64,000 bases of DNA from a virus: the IMG/VR virus record IMGVR_UViG_3300020165_000009; one strand, given 5' to 3'. Each line of letters opens with the position of its first letter. Positions within the stretch are counted from its first letter, which is position 1. Of this stretch, positions 27,557 through 37,413 are shown piece by piece. The position numbers were made by a program, and so were the translations under genes. The notes under the pieces were generated by a model that saw only the letters and a list, made by a program, of their open reading frames with translations, was not told the DNA's origin and made no database searches.

Positions 27557-28061
27557 CGCGAATATTTGGGTTCTGCTTAATTGTTTGTTTTGTAATTAGG
27601 TCTTTAAATTTTGTAGTAGACCATTCATGTGACCGAGTAGTATATATAACTTCTGCTCTGAGCTCGCTACCTGTAAAATCTTTACCTAAATAATCTTCAC
27701 CTAATATACGAACATCGCAATCGAATGTCTTCATTAGCTCGTATAATTCTTCTTCCGTCTGGTACATATATACCTCATCAATATGCTTAATAGACATAAG
27801 CATTTTATAACGATCGTAATACGGTACGACAGGCTTATACTTTGTATTACGAGTAGCAGAAGGGTCGCCGTGTAGGAAGACAATAAACTTATCACAATGT
27901 CGCTTAGCTTCTTCAAACGTTGCAGTATAACCCGGGTGAATTATATCAAAGTTACCAGCTGTAAAGGCTGTAATGTCACCGGTCGGTTTGTATTTTTTGA
28001 TACGCTTATATACCTCACTTTTATGCTGGTCGATAAGTCGTTGTAATTGGTAATTATCCAT
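27540..28061 (-). CDS. Cytidylyltransferase (TagD/RfaE-like HxGH family)
   Basis: FTAGNFDIIHPGY, GEDY, R...WSTT. Confidence 0.85.
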   Translation of the reverse strand: MDNYQLQRLIDQHKSEVYKRIKKYKPTGDITAFTAGNFDIIHPGYTATFEEAKRHCDKFIVFLHGDPSATRNTKYKPVVPYYDRYKMLMSIKHIDEVYMYQTEEELYELMKTFDCDVRILGEDYLGKDFTGSELRAEVIYTTRSHEWSTTKFKDLITKQTIKQNPNIRDDDGY

Positions 28062-28073
28062 ATTTTTTTATGC

Positions 28074-28940
28074 TTATTTCTCTTCTTCTTGCAATATCTC
28101 TGTCATCGCCTGAAAGCTTTTTCGAATGTAATACTCTTCATCACCCCAATCAAAATCAAATACTAGTTTACTCTTATCGTTACTCAAGACGCAATTACTT
28201 CTACCACACTTCGTGTTTAAGTCTTCAAAATCCACAAACTCCCACTCTGGGTTAACTGTGAGTGGATATTCTTTAGATATCTCTATTACTTCTTTTGTAG
28301 TGAGTGCGTTACTATGAACCGCATTAAATATACCAGGTTCAAAATCATCGATAACAGTCTCAATAAACTCACACAGAACTGTTACATCTGTCTTACTGTT
28401 CCTATAATCAATCAGCTTACTATAGCCTTTTAGTTTATGTAACAGGTTTTTTGAATCTAGAGTACCTTCAATTGGCATTCTAATTCTAATGATGTTAGTA
28501 AAGTTGGTATCGAGGTTAAGTTCACCGGCATGCTTTGTCTTACTATAAAAACTAGAATCACTATCAAACATTCCGAAGTTAGGTTCATCATCTTCAGTAT
28601 ACTCTTTATCATACCCGGTGTAAATGCAGCCAGAACTAACATGAATTAGGTTCACTCTTTTAATCTTGCAAACCTCTTCAATATCTCGAGGTAGAATTGA
28701 ATTCTGAATAAAGCATTCTTCTTTTCGAACCTCACATTCATCAACATTAGGCTTACCGGTGAACCCTGCACAATTAACAACAGCATCAATAGCTGTCTTA
28801 TCTAAAAAATTAAAAAAGCGACTTTTATCGCCGTAGTCTAGCTCTTCTCTAGAGAAGTTGTATACTGTATGCTTCTCGCGAATCAAGTATTCAGTCAAGC
28901 GAGAGGCAATAAAGCCTTTTGATAGTACGAGTATATTCAT
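28074..28940 (-). CDS. NDP-4-keto-6-deoxyglucose 3,5-epimerase/4-reductase (RmlD-like, NRS/ER type)
   Basis: NCAGFTGKPNVDECE, SSGCIY, SFYSKTK, RIRMPI, RSNCVL. Confidence 0.85.
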   Translation of the reverse strand: MNILVLSKGFIASRLTEYLIREKHTVYNFSREELDYGDKSRFFNFLDKTAIDAVVNCAGFTGKPNVDECEVRKEECFIQNSILPRDIEEVCKIKRVNLIHVSSGCIYTGYDKEYTEDDEPNFGMFDSDSSFYSKTKHAGELNLDTNFTNIIRIRMPIEGTLDSKNLLHKLKGYSKLIDYRNSKTDVTVLCEFIETVIDDFEPGIFNAVHSNALTTKEVIEISKEYPLTVNPEWEFVDFEDLNTKCGRSNCVLSNDKSKLVFDFDWGDEEYYIRKSFQAMTEILQEEEK

Positions 28941-28983
28941 ATAGGTATTTTATATGACAGACTCCGATAATCAACTATTCAAT

Positions 28984-29349
28984 CTAATCCATGTATGAAA
29001 CAATTGTGTGAAGGTATTGCTGCAGATACTGCCCTAGGGCATCGACCTCGAGTTGGTTTTTGGCATGTATTACCGGTTGAATCGGATTGCCATCCAGGTC
29101 GTACCCCATAATGATAAAGTTATTCATGAACTCAGAACACGTTGCCACCATTGCATCAAGATTATCCTTAACAGGTACACCCTCACTCCCTCTTGGAGTG
29201 ATATCCGTTAGCATACCAGATAACGCATCCCTTATGAGAGTTTCGATGTCCTGTTGATCGGATAGTGCGATAGATACGCTATCTACTTTATCAATCTTAT
29301 GCTTCAATGGCGCTCGTGACCTCTTTTTAGGGGTACCGTCTCGTTTCAT
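28984..29349 (-). CDS. Hypothetical protein
   Basis: 121-aa ORF; TAAGTA upstream. Confidence 0.6.
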   Translation of the reverse strand: MKRDGTPKKRSRAPLKHKIDKVDSVSIALSDQQDIETLIRDALSGMLTDITPRGSEGVPVKDNLDAMVATCSEFMNNFIIMGYDLDGNPIQPVIHAKNQLEVDALGQYLQQYLHTIVSYMD

Positions 29350-29357
29350 AAAAGTAC

Positions 29358-29720
29358 TTATACTTTTGCGAAACGATTTCCATCTGGATCATTAGATATA
29401 CCCTTCTGAATTAGATGAGATACTAAAACTTCAACACTTTCAGTTTGTATGTAAAAGCCTCGAGGAAAGTTAATTCCTCCATCATCAAACTCAAACATAA
29501 TTTCATTAATATTATCTTTATTATGATAACAGGTCAAGAATACAGAAGATCTACCTGGATCTATCAGTATCGTCCATCTACGGAAATCAACTTCACTGTA
29601 TGCATTGAACATTTTAAATACAACAAACCCGTTATCTTTAAGCCGCTTAATAACATAACCTGCTGTTTTTAGCTTATTACTGATGCGCTTAACTCGTACC
29701 TTCTCATGTCTATTAGCCAT
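29358..29720 (-). CDS. Hypothetical protein
   Basis: 120-aa ORF downstream of the clamp gene. Confidence 0.6.
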   Translation of the reverse strand: MANRHEKVRVKRISNKLKTAGYVIKRLKDNGFVVFKMFNAYSEVDFRRWTILIDPGRSSVFLTCYHNKDNINEIMFEFDDGGINFPRGFYIQTESVEVLVSHLIQKGISNDPDGNRFAKV

Positions 29721-29721
29721 A

Positions 29722-30459
29722 TTAATTAATTAGGGCTGAAATTACATAAATCAATGATGTATTACTCTTTTTCATATCGCAAACTATAACACCCATATCT
29801 TGATTAACCCTAAATTGAACTTCCCTACTATTGTTAAAGCTTATTAGTCGAAAGCTTTCGAAGTTAAGAGCTAAAGGTGTTGTAATCCCAGAGCCTTCAC
29901 AATCTTCACTCATAACACAAACAAAGTTATCTGTATTATGTCGGCTTCTATCACCTAACTCACCTACAATATTACCATCTTCAGTATATAGATATAGCTT
30001 AGACGTCTCAGTAGTAAACGAACTACCCTTAAATACTGTAGCTAGGCTACTCTCTTTTACGGAGAAGGTACTGCTAAACTCTAAATCATTAATTTTATTA
30101 ATATTAATATTAGGCTGCCTGATAATACCATCGTCGAGTAGATGGTATTTAAATTTAAAACCACTCTCATTATATGAGATGCTATTCTCGTTAATTTTAA
30201 TAGTAATATCTTCTTTAGGTATGATATCTAATACTCTATGCAACTTCTTAATATCTGGGATATTAAGTGTTACTGTTCCCTCTACATCGCTCTCAACTTC
30301 AATTGACGTCCTACATACAATAGTAGAGTCTTCTGATGCTACGATACAACTAATTTCATCCTTTGAAAGATGAACTACACACATATTATGTAGATTGGAA
30401 ATAGGTCCAATAAAGTTATTAACGAAGTCCTTTTTATTTTTTACTCTTAAATAAGCCAT
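29722..30459 (-). CDS. gp45: Sliding clamp (gp45/PCNA-like)
   Basis: 245 aa, beta-rich two-domain pattern (LNIPDIKKL...FKFKYHL), replication context. Confidence 0.7.
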   Translation of the reverse strand: MAYLRVKNKKDFVNNFIGPISNLHNMCVVHLSKDEISCIVASEDSTIVCRTSIEVESDVEGTVTLNIPDIKKLHRVLDIIPKEDITIKINENSISYNESGFKFKYHLLDDGIIRQPNININKINDLEFSSTFSVKESSLATVFKGSSFTTETSKLYLYTEDGNIVGELGDRSRHNTDNFVCVMSEDCEGSGITTPLALNFESFRLISFNNSREVQFRVNQDMGVIVCDMKKSNTSLIYVISALIN

Positions 30460-30476
30460 TTACAATTTTGATTATA

Positions 30477-31064
30477 CTATACCTTGGACGTCGTATCAAC
30501 GGCTTTTCTCGGCCTACCGGGAGATTTTTTTTTTGATGTCTTAATAAGACTATCAATTTTATCTTTTAATAGATCTATCTCTTTTCGCTGCGCTTTAACA
30601 CTATTAACAAGAGTGCGTACCATCGATAGTAATTCTTGTTTCTCGTCAACGTTGAAGTTGAACTCCAACTGATTAGTATCTACCGGAATGTCAGGTTCCA
30701 TTACATTAAGCACCGGGACAGCAGCAGGCTGAACCTGCTGCTGTTGTGGTACTACTGGTGGCGGGATATCTACCGGCGCGGTGGCATGTGTACGTTCAAG
30801 TACCTGTGCTACCTGCTGCTTTACCTTTGCAGAACTACCTTTACCGAGGGCGCCATGACCTTCAATTTGACCATCTAATTGATTAAGTGCACCATATTGC
30901 GCACCCATAAATTGAATTAATGCATTGCTCTTTTCTACGGGGCTTAATTCCTTAGTGTACGAAGCCGGTTGTGCCTCTTTATCATCCATTGGCAACGGAG
31001 CTGGCATCGGTATCTGTTCAGGCATCTGAGAGCTTACCTCAGGTAATGGTAGTTCTGGGTCCAT
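30477..31064 (-). CDS. Hypothetical Pro/Gln-rich coiled-coil protein
   Basis: 195 aa, low complexity, QLEFNF motif and C-terminal coiled coil. Confidence 0.6.
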   Translation of the reverse strand: MDPELPLPEVSSQMPEQIPMPAPLPMDDKEAQPASYTKELSPVEKSNALIQFMGAQYGALNQLDGQIEGHGALGKGSSAKVKQQVAQVLERTHATAPVDIPPPVVPQQQQVQPAAVPVLNVMEPDIPVDTNQLEFNFNVDEKQELLSMVRTLVNSVKAQRKEIDLLKDKIDSLIKTSKKKSPGRPRKAVDTTSKV

Positions 31065-31067
31065 ATA

Positions 31068-31091
31068 TTAGAGGTCTAATTAGAGGTCTAA
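31068..31091. repeat. Tandem 12-bp repeat TTAGAGGTCTAA x2
   Basis: Exact tandem copy over the gp32 stop; each unit is an inverted repeat TTAGA-gg-TCTAA. Confidence 0.8.
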
Positions 31092-31949
31092 GCCTGCGAG
31101 TAGGTCTTTGATTTCAGCGTCGCTGTCATTAGCTGGTTGAGCAGGAGCTTCAGCCGGCGCAGCAGGTGTCGGCACACTTTCAACAGCAGGTACAGCATGA
31201 GTAGCTGCTGGTAATACACTCGGCTGTGAAGACTCTGCAGAGTCACCAGTACCAGCGATATGCTCATGCACCATCTGAACTAGCTCATCGTAACCCTTAA
31301 TAGTAAACACTTCATCTAGCTTATATAGATTACTCATCGCTGCTTCAGCTTTAGTATCATCCATACCAGGAATCTCAGATGGGAAACTAAATTTGGACGA
31401 CACATAGGTAGGATAATCGCCTTGCTTCTCTACAACGATCTTGAGGTTGCAGCCGTTAGGAGATACATCAAAGATCTTAGCACCAAGATCAGCTGCATCT
31501 TCACCTTCAATAGCGCTAGCAATAACTTTATGCAATTGCTTACCATAACGAAGGATCATTACCTTACCGTTATTATCAGGGTTAACAGGATCATTAACTA
31601 CATATGCGTTCGCCAGCCATTTTTCGGAACGATTAATCTTACTAGCCATGGCTTTTTCGTCGTCATTACCACGATAAAGCTTATAACGAGCTTCACCGAT
31701 AGGGTCTCGCTCACCAAAAGTCTGAGGCGAAATAGCATTTACATATTGACCGGTCGCAAAACTATTCCAGCCATGCTGGTAATAATGGAAGAAGGTCTTA
31801 CTAGCGTCACTAGCAAACGGTAATAGACGTACAGTATAGGTATTACCAGGCTCTGTACGTAAGATATTAGTAGGTCCGGAAGACTTCTCTTCAGTACTCG
31901 CAAGAGCGCCGCGGATAGATTCGAACATTGAATTTGATATATTTGTCAT
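31080..31949 (-). CDS. gp32: Single-stranded DNA-binding protein
   Basis: VRLLP, YVVNDPVNPDNNGKV...YGKQL, YVSSKF, acidic C-tail. Confidence 0.9.
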   Translation of the reverse strand: MTNISNSMFESIRGALASTEEKSSGPTNILRTEPGNTYTVRLLPFASDASKTFFHYYQHGWNSFATGQYVNAISPQTFGERDPIGEARYKLYRGNDDEKAMASKINRSEKWLANAYVVNDPVNPDNNGKVMILRYGKQLHKVIASAIEGEDAADLGAKIFDVSPNGCNLKIVVEKQGDYPTYVSSKFSFPSEIPGMDDTKAEAAMSNLYKLDEVFTIKGYDELVQMVHEHIAGTGDSAESSQPSVLPAATHAVPAVESVPTPAAPAEAPAQPANDSDAEIKDLLAGLDL

Positions 31950-31955
31950 AATTTA

Positions 31956-31971
31956 ATTATAGTTTAGTTCC
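31956..31971 (-). promoter_or_regulatory. GGAAC-N5-TATAAT promoter of gp32
   Basis: Minus strand GGAACtaaacTATAATtaaattATG. Confidence 0.7.
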
Positions 31972-32602
31972 TTTTTGTTTTTACGAATTTTTTAATATTT
32001 TCGATATTTGTTTTTTGTTTAGTTGAAGCATAAAGTTTCGTTCTAATGTAATTGCTTCTCTGCAAGGCGCAGCATTTCGCTTGTACATATAAACTACCTC
32101 TATACTCTCTTATTTTACAGTCTATTTCATCAAAGGCAAATAGAATGTACAAAGAAATTTTACGCTCGCCTAAATGTTTAAAAAACACCGGTAAGTTATT
32201 TTCCATATAATCTGGATACTGTCCAATAGGTACTCCTACGCTTTTACAGAAGTCATTTATAAAAACTAGACTACTCTTAACGAAGTCTAATGCCACCTTC
32301 TCATCTGGGTTGCTCAATAGATAATCATCGTGGTATCTAGTATAAGCTTTAATAGCTCTCATACTACTATAGAACTCTAAAGGGAAGAACTTATCGTCGT
32401 ATACGAAATAAGGAGCCTCGAAAAAAGTCTTTATATCTAGTGAAGGATGCCTTTTAAAAAAGTTGGCTAGCTTAACAACAGCCGGATAGGATTTATTATC
32501 TTCAAACTTATCAAAATTCTGACGTACCTTGAACGGTTTACTATCTACAGCTCTCGAAACTATCAACCATTGATTATAGATGGTTTTCTCTAGTTGAGTC
32601 AT
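31964..32602 (-). CDS. Putative helicase loader (gp59-like)
   Basis: Size, position directly upstream of gp32 as in T4, and a KLANFF helical pattern. Confidence 0.5.
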   Translation of the reverse strand: MTQLEKTIYNQWLIVSRAVDSKPFKVRQNFDKFEDNKSYPAVVKLANFFKRHPSLDIKTFFEAPYFVYDDKFFPLEFYSSMRAIKAYTRYHDDYLLSNPDEKVALDFVKSSLVFINDFCKSVGVPIGQYPDYMENNLPVFFKHLGERKISLYILFAFDEIDCKIREYRGSLYVQAKCCALQRSNYIRTKLYASTKQKTNIENIKKFVKTKRN

Positions 32603-32608
32603 ATATGA

Positions 32609-32890
32609 CTATGATAGTACCTGTTTGTTCTTATTCAAGTACTTTGTCACATATTTACTCTTTGTTATAGAGGGCTCTGTCTCAATAAATTTCTGAATTG
32701 CTCCAAAATCACTTTCTTCACCTATAAGATCAATAAACATTTTTCGGATCTTTTCGTTCTCTAAAATCTTGAGAAAGACAGTAGGGAAATTCATTTTCTT
32801 ACCGTGCAGGAGAGATACAAAAGTACAAAAGGAGTAGAACGCGTGTTCAAACTCTGCATCCTCCATGTTTTGGGAAGGTGACTTACTCAT
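32609..32890 (-). CDS. Hypothetical protein
   Basis: 93-aa ORF in an operon. Confidence 0.55.
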   Translation of the reverse strand: MSKSPSQNMEDAEFEHAFYSFCTFVSLLHGKKMNFPTVFLKILENEKIRKMFIDLIGEESDFGAIQKFIETEPSITKSKYVTKYLNKNKQVLS

Positions 32891-33776
32891 TGCTAATCTC
32901 CTTTAAAAGCTTTGTAAGGTTAATAATATTGTCGTTTAACGTTGCTCCGGCAGCATCGTCATGCCCACCGCCATCCGATAATTGACTAGCTAGCTTTCTC
33001 ATACTCAACGTACATTTACTTGATCGTCGAAAGACTACCGTCTTATTTTTAGTGCTCATTAACATACAGATATCAGCATCATGATCCTTAAGAGCTCTTT
33101 CGCATATTTCGTTCGGCGAAAAGGAAAAGAAACCTCCAATCAGTTTATATTCGGTACCGTTTAACTCTACATCATTCATGTATAGCTTTTCAGTCTTAAA
33201 GTATTTTTCTAATCTACTCTCAACTAATTTAAGTGCGCTTTTGTGATATGTATTGAAACCATTAAAGCCAGCGCTGAAATCAGTAAGGAATTTTAGGACT
33301 CTATCGCCTGTATAGTTCCAGAAAATATGATTTAACTGCCTACTGTAAGGTATACTCAAAGTATAGCTATCGTAATCATCGATGAGTTTAACTAAGAGTA
33401 ACTGGTAATCATTTAGCTTAGATTTTAGCTTTAGCTTATCATAGATAAGCCGTGTGCATGATGTATAGTCTTCAACAACCGGCTTAGCTTTAACGTATTC
33501 GTTCTTTACCTCTACGTGATCTTTATGGTGATCAAATACTATAACGTTCTCTACGTCGACAAGGGATGTCTCATCCTTAATATTGAGGTCACATACAAAT
33601 ACTCTATCATAGTTCTTAAAACTGTCGGTTAATTGCCAGTTGAGAATGTCCTGCCTGAAGCTTCTTTCTGTAGTTACCTTATAAGATATCTCATGAGCTG
33701 GAAAGGCTTGTCTGAGTAAGAAGACGCATCCAGCCCCATCTAAGTCTGCGTCAGTAAATACGTGTATTTTACCCAT
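32883..33776 (-). CDS. DHH-family phosphoesterase
   Basis: DADLDG, VCDL, FDHH, DDYD, GGGHDDAAG. Confidence 0.9.
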   Translation of the reverse strand: MGKIHVFTDADLDGAGCVFLLRQAFPAHEISYKVTTERSFRQDILNWQLTDSFKNYDRVFVCDLNIKDETSLVDVENVIVFDHHKDHVEVKNEYVKAKPVVEDYTSCTRLIYDKLKLKSKLNDYQLLLVKLIDDYDSYTLSIPYSRQLNHIFWNYTGDRVLKFLTDFSAGFNGFNTYHKSALKLVESRLEKYFKTEKLYMNDVELNGTEYKLIGGFFSFSPNEICERALKDHDADICMLMSTKNKTVVFRRSSKCTLSMRKLASQLSDGGGHDDAAGATLNDNIINLTKLLKEISNE

Positions 33777-33820
33777 ATAAACTATTTACTGCTCCTTTTT
33801 AAAATCTCAACTTATACAGT

Positions 33821-35137
33821 CTATAGGCTCATCCTATCGAGCTTATCTGTCATCTCGCCAAAGTCACCATCGTCGTTATTGAGAGTATCATCCTCTGATA
33901 CGGTAAGAGTACCATAATCAATTCTCATTTCATTCCTACCGAAGTTAGCACCGAAACGATTCTTCATCATATGCAGGTTAATGATATTAAGTTCTTTATC
34001 TGTATCACTCTGAGTAATACCAACAATAACATCAGCTGTAGCGGCTAAGCCAATACTCTCACCAATAGTATCAAGAGTCGGTGACTCTGTATCGTAACCT
34101 GTACGGTTAAGCTGAGTAGCACTAATAATAGGGCAGTTGAATTTATAACTCAACGCTCTCACTTCTTCAGTAGCACACTTAATACGCTCATATAGATTAC
34201 TGTTAAGTGAACCTCTCAACAGGTTAATGTAATCCAGTACAATAGCGTCAATCTGAATACCTTTTAATTGAACGGTCTTGACATAGGAGGCAATCTGCTG
34301 AGCAGTAATAGTATTAGGAGGAAACTCTTTGATAATAAGTTTACCCATACCTTCCATGCTATCCATACTATGCTTTAACGTAGGTGTTTGAGATCTAAGA
34401 TCTGCAATAGGTATTTTAGTAATATCGGATGCAAGTCGACAAGCATACATAATTTCACTCATCTCAAGAGATAGTACTAATACGTTCTTACCTTTTCTAG
34501 CTAGATTGGTCGCAATATTACCTAGGAAAATACTCTTACCAACGTTCGTCTGGCCCGCGAATACATAAAACGCTCTTCCATTCGCTAAGAAGCCACCATT
34601 TAAGTTTTCGTCAAGCCAGTCCCATCCAGAAGATAGCGTCGGTTCATCTACACTCAACTCACGGGCCACCTCATCAATATCACCGAATAGATCAATACCA
34701 AGGTCGTCCTTCAACTCGATACTACAGCTCTTTTCAAACTTCTCGAGAATATAACTAGTATCAACCTTACCGTTAGTAATGTCTTCAGCTACATCCATCA
34801 TTGTATGGTAGATAGCTCTTTCCTTAAGGTATCTTTCAGTATTATCTAATAACTCATCTTTATTAAGATTCTTATCTATTTCATCGAAACTACCAGCAAC
34901 AGTCTTAAGAGCAGCTTTAACATCATCATTGACTAGATATGTCTTTAGTTCAGTGAGAGTCGGAGGCACACCTCTCTTATCATAAAAGCTCTTAATGATG
35001 GTAAAGAGTACCTTAATATTCTTATCGGCAATAATTTTAGGGTCTACATGACCGATGATCTCCGCAAGGTACTGCTCATCAGTTAAGCTTTTATATATTA
35101 AAACCTTCTCAAAATAATCTAAATCAATTTTTTCCAT
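33821..35137 (-). CDS. gp41: Replicative DnaB-like helicase
   Basis: AGQTNVGKS, SLEMSE, IKEFP, VLDYINL, SATQLNR, ESIGLAATAD, KNRFG. Confidence 0.95.
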   Translation of the reverse strand: MEKIDLDYFEKVLIYKSLTDEQYLAEIIGHVDPKIIADKNIKVLFTIIKSFYDKRGVPPTLTELKTYLVNDDVKAALKTVAGSFDEIDKNLNKDELLDNTERYLKERAIYHTMMDVAEDITNGKVDTSYILEKFEKSCSIELKDDLGIDLFGDIDEVARELSVDEPTLSSGWDWLDENLNGGFLANGRAFYVFAGQTNVGKSIFLGNIATNLARKGKNVLVLSLEMSEIMYACRLASDITKIPIADLRSQTPTLKHSMDSMEGMGKLIIKEFPPNTITAQQIASYVKTVQLKGIQIDAIVLDYINLLRGSLNSNLYERIKCATEEVRALSYKFNCPIISATQLNRTGYDTESPTLDTIGESIGLAATADVIVGITQSDTDKELNIINLHMMKNRFGANFGRNEMRIDYGTLTVSEDDTLNNDDGDFGEMTDKLDRMSL

Positions 35138-35153
35138 TATATTTTATGTTGTA

Positions 35154-35822
35154 CTACTTTCGCCACTTCTTAATAAAGTATGTCTCGCCGTCGTAAAATT
35201 CTTTATCAGGTTTAGTTAGTCCTGGGCTACTGTGAATGATCGGTATATCCACTACGCCTATTGTAACGTGGTTCCTATTACATTCAAGTGAGAAGTCTAA
35301 ATCATAATAATGAAACTTAGATGGATAAGATTCGTCAAATCTCACATTTTCAGGTAACTCTTTAATATTGATGCCAATAAAGACTCCGTCAATAACTAAA
35401 CATCTGCTCGGTACAGGTCCGAAGGAGGTATACATATATGAATCTTTATCTCCATGAGCTACACACCCTCTTTGATCTTCCCTTTTTGACATAATATGCC
35501 ATAAAGCAGGGCTACCAACTTTACAAGAAGTAGCACCGGCGAGCCCGAATACGGTGTATTGATCTGCAGCTTTAGATATAAGAGAGTATAAATCACGGGT
35601 ATTAATATGTACGTCATCATGTACCATAACTGCAATATCAATATTGTTTTTCCGTGCATCGTCAATAAAATTATTGTAACACTGTTGAAGGCTTTTAGTA
35701 TTTTTATCCTCGTATTGTACTGAAACTCCTAGGTGATCTAGCCCGTAACTCTCTAAACATTTATAGAGTACGCAGTCCTCCTTATTGCCTTTAGTCGCGC
35801 TATAAATTTTAATATTATTCAT
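35154..35822 (-). CDS. Glycosyltransferase-like protein (GT-A, family 2-like)
   Basis: YN...MVHDDV, GLAG, IDGVF, FDE...FHYYDLDFSL, IIHSSPG; start chosen at 35822. Confidence 0.75.
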   Translation of the reverse strand: MNNIKIYSATKGNKEDCVLYKCLESYGLDHLGVSVQYEDKNTKSLQQCYNNFIDDARKNNIDIAVMVHDDVHINTRDLYSLISKAADQYTVFGLAGATSCKVGSPALWHIMSKREDQRGCVAHGDKDSYMYTSFGPVPSRCLVIDGVFIGINIKELPENVRFDESYPSKFHYYDLDFSLECNRNHVTIGVVDIPIIHSSPGLTKPDKEFYDGETYFIKKWRK

Positions 35823-36153
35823 AATCTTTGCGATCATCCAGTTCTGGTTTGTTATCTCTATTCCAAATCATACCCATTACATTCCACAATACCGCCCCTA
35901 GGTGGTCTTCACTCTCATCACCTCTGAAGTCTTGCATTAGATGTCTCATTGCACTGTCATATAGTACAGAATGCTTCATACCTCTCCGCCAGTTATTTTC
36001 TCCATAGGCCTCAGCACCTTGCAAGTATCTCACCATAACCGATTCTAAGGCTTTGTGTGGTACTAAACTCATACGTACCTTACCTTCACAGTTATCACGT
36101 TGTGCGCCAGTTTCAAACTGACGAGGCTTCCCAGTTGTTTTCAGATCATCCAT
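35815..36153 (-). CDS. dATP/dGTP diphosphohydrolase-like protein (DUF5664-type)
   Basis: FETGAQRD...GK.RMSLVP...GAEAYGENNWRRG...DSAMRHL...EDHLGAVLWN. Confidence 0.8.
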   Translation of the reverse strand: MDDLKTTGKPRQFETGAQRDNCEGKVRMSLVPHKALESVMVRYLQGAEAYGENNWRRGMKHSVLYDSAMRHLMQDFRGDESEDHLGAVLWNVMGMIWNRDNKPELDDRKDYE

Positions 36154-36168
36154 ATAGAAATTATAATA

Positions 36169-36690
36169 TCACTTAGTAAAGAAATCAAGCCATAGATTAA
36201 GTGATATGTCCTTAAGTGTAGTAAACATTTCATCTAATGAGGCACATTCATTTTTTACACCATGTGACAACACTACCTTACCTTCATCAACACCGGGTGT
36301 AACGTGATGAATAACTGAGCCTATAGTAGAGTAGCAGCCCTCAAAGGCACGTACTTGCGGATCTTTACCTTTAAGTTGTGGATAGGATGTTATTAGTCCG
36401 GGATGGCCGTTATAAATTTTATACTCCTCGCATATCTCCTTAGGTATAATATTAAGCCATCCATGTAACGTAATAAAGCATGTGGATGGGTCACCAAAGC
36501 AATCTCTCAAGTACTGAACATCCTTAACGTGCCTCTTTGCAATTCGATGACCTACATCACTAATATTAAGTCTACGGTCAATCTTAGTATCATCTTTCTG
36601 ATCAAAAAATATAGAGGATGGATTAACTCCTCGTTCTACCAGGCTCGCTATCTCTGAACCAGTTTGTGAAAATAGTGCTATATGTCTCAT
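36169..36690 (-). CDS. Formyltransferase, PurN-like (possible DpdN-type base formylase)
   Basis: ALFSQTGS, LHGWLNIIP, NGHPGL...GKDP, GSVIHHVTPGVDEG. Confidence 0.85.
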   Translation of the reverse strand: MRHIALFSQTGSEIASLVERGVNPSSIFFDQKDDTKIDRRLNISDVGHRIAKRHVKDVQYLRDCFGDPSTCFITLHGWLNIIPKEICEEYKIYNGHPGLITSYPQLKGKDPQVRAFEGCYSTIGSVIHHVTPGVDEGKVVLSHGVKNECASLDEMFTTLKDISLNLWLDFFTK

Positions 36691-37367
36691 AGTGTTAAGA
36701 ACGGTGATTTATGATTGAATGTGGATACTATCTCGTACCCAGTGGGGGTATATTTGTATATGGTACCTTCCGCTACCTCTATATAACCATTGCCCTTAAT
36801 AGATGATACATGTGTTCCTTTATAGAATAAAGTACTACCCTGTCTAGCTACATATAAGTTATTACTCCAGGTATTATACATCCAAACAGCATAGGTACCC
36901 TCAAGTCGTTGCAGCACTCTTGTAATATTATTAATTTCACCTTCTATTACACTTTCACACGGGCCATCTTTATAATCATTCTCGGCTAGAAGGTATGGTA
37001 TAATATAACTATCTACCGGATTATGAGGTACAGCTCTACATTCTTGTTGTAACTCCTTAAAGTTAGTCAATACCCCGTTATGAGCTACTACCCAGTCACC
37101 TACCTCGAATGGGTGTGATGTATCGTCTTGGAAATACCTCTGACTGCTAGTAGGAGCTTGGTTATGCCCTAGGAATAATTTACAATCTGCAGGTACACCC
37201 ATATCTTCCATACAGAAAGAACCTTCTTTACGTATAATGCCGTAATGTGCCTTATCACCTTTAACAGATGCATACAATAATCCAGTAGCAAAGTTGCCTC
37301 TAGATTGGTTAGCTTCCTCTAACACCTCGAAGGTATTACTATCATCACTACAATATATTCCGCACAT
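36687..37367 (-). CDS. Class II (Ntn) glutamine amidotransferase
   Basis: Start chosen at 37367 (MCGIY, N-terminal Cys; TATAAT 6 nt upstream); GHNQAPT, HPF, AHNGVLTN, VDS. Confidence 0.9.
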   Translation of the reverse strand: MCGIYCSDDSNTFEVLEEANQSRGNFATGLLYASVKGDKAHYGIIRKEGSFCMEDMGVPADCKLFLGHNQAPTSSQRYFQDDTSHPFEVGDWVVAHNGVLTNFKELQQECRAVPHNPVDSYIIPYLLAENDYKDGPCESVIEGEINNITRVLQRLEGTYAVWMYNTWSNNLYVARQGSTLFYKGTHVSSIKGNGYIEVAEGTIYKYTPTGYEIVSTFNHKSPFLTL

Positions 37368-37413
37368 ACTCTTATTATAGTATAAAACCAGTGTAGAATC
37401 CATAAATATTATT

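Noticed and set aside
36169-37367. De novo purine synthesis genes (purN, purF)
   Set aside because: The amidotransferase has no phosphoribosyltransferase domain, no other pur genes are present, and the QueC/diphosphohydrolase context fits base modification better. Not fully excluded.
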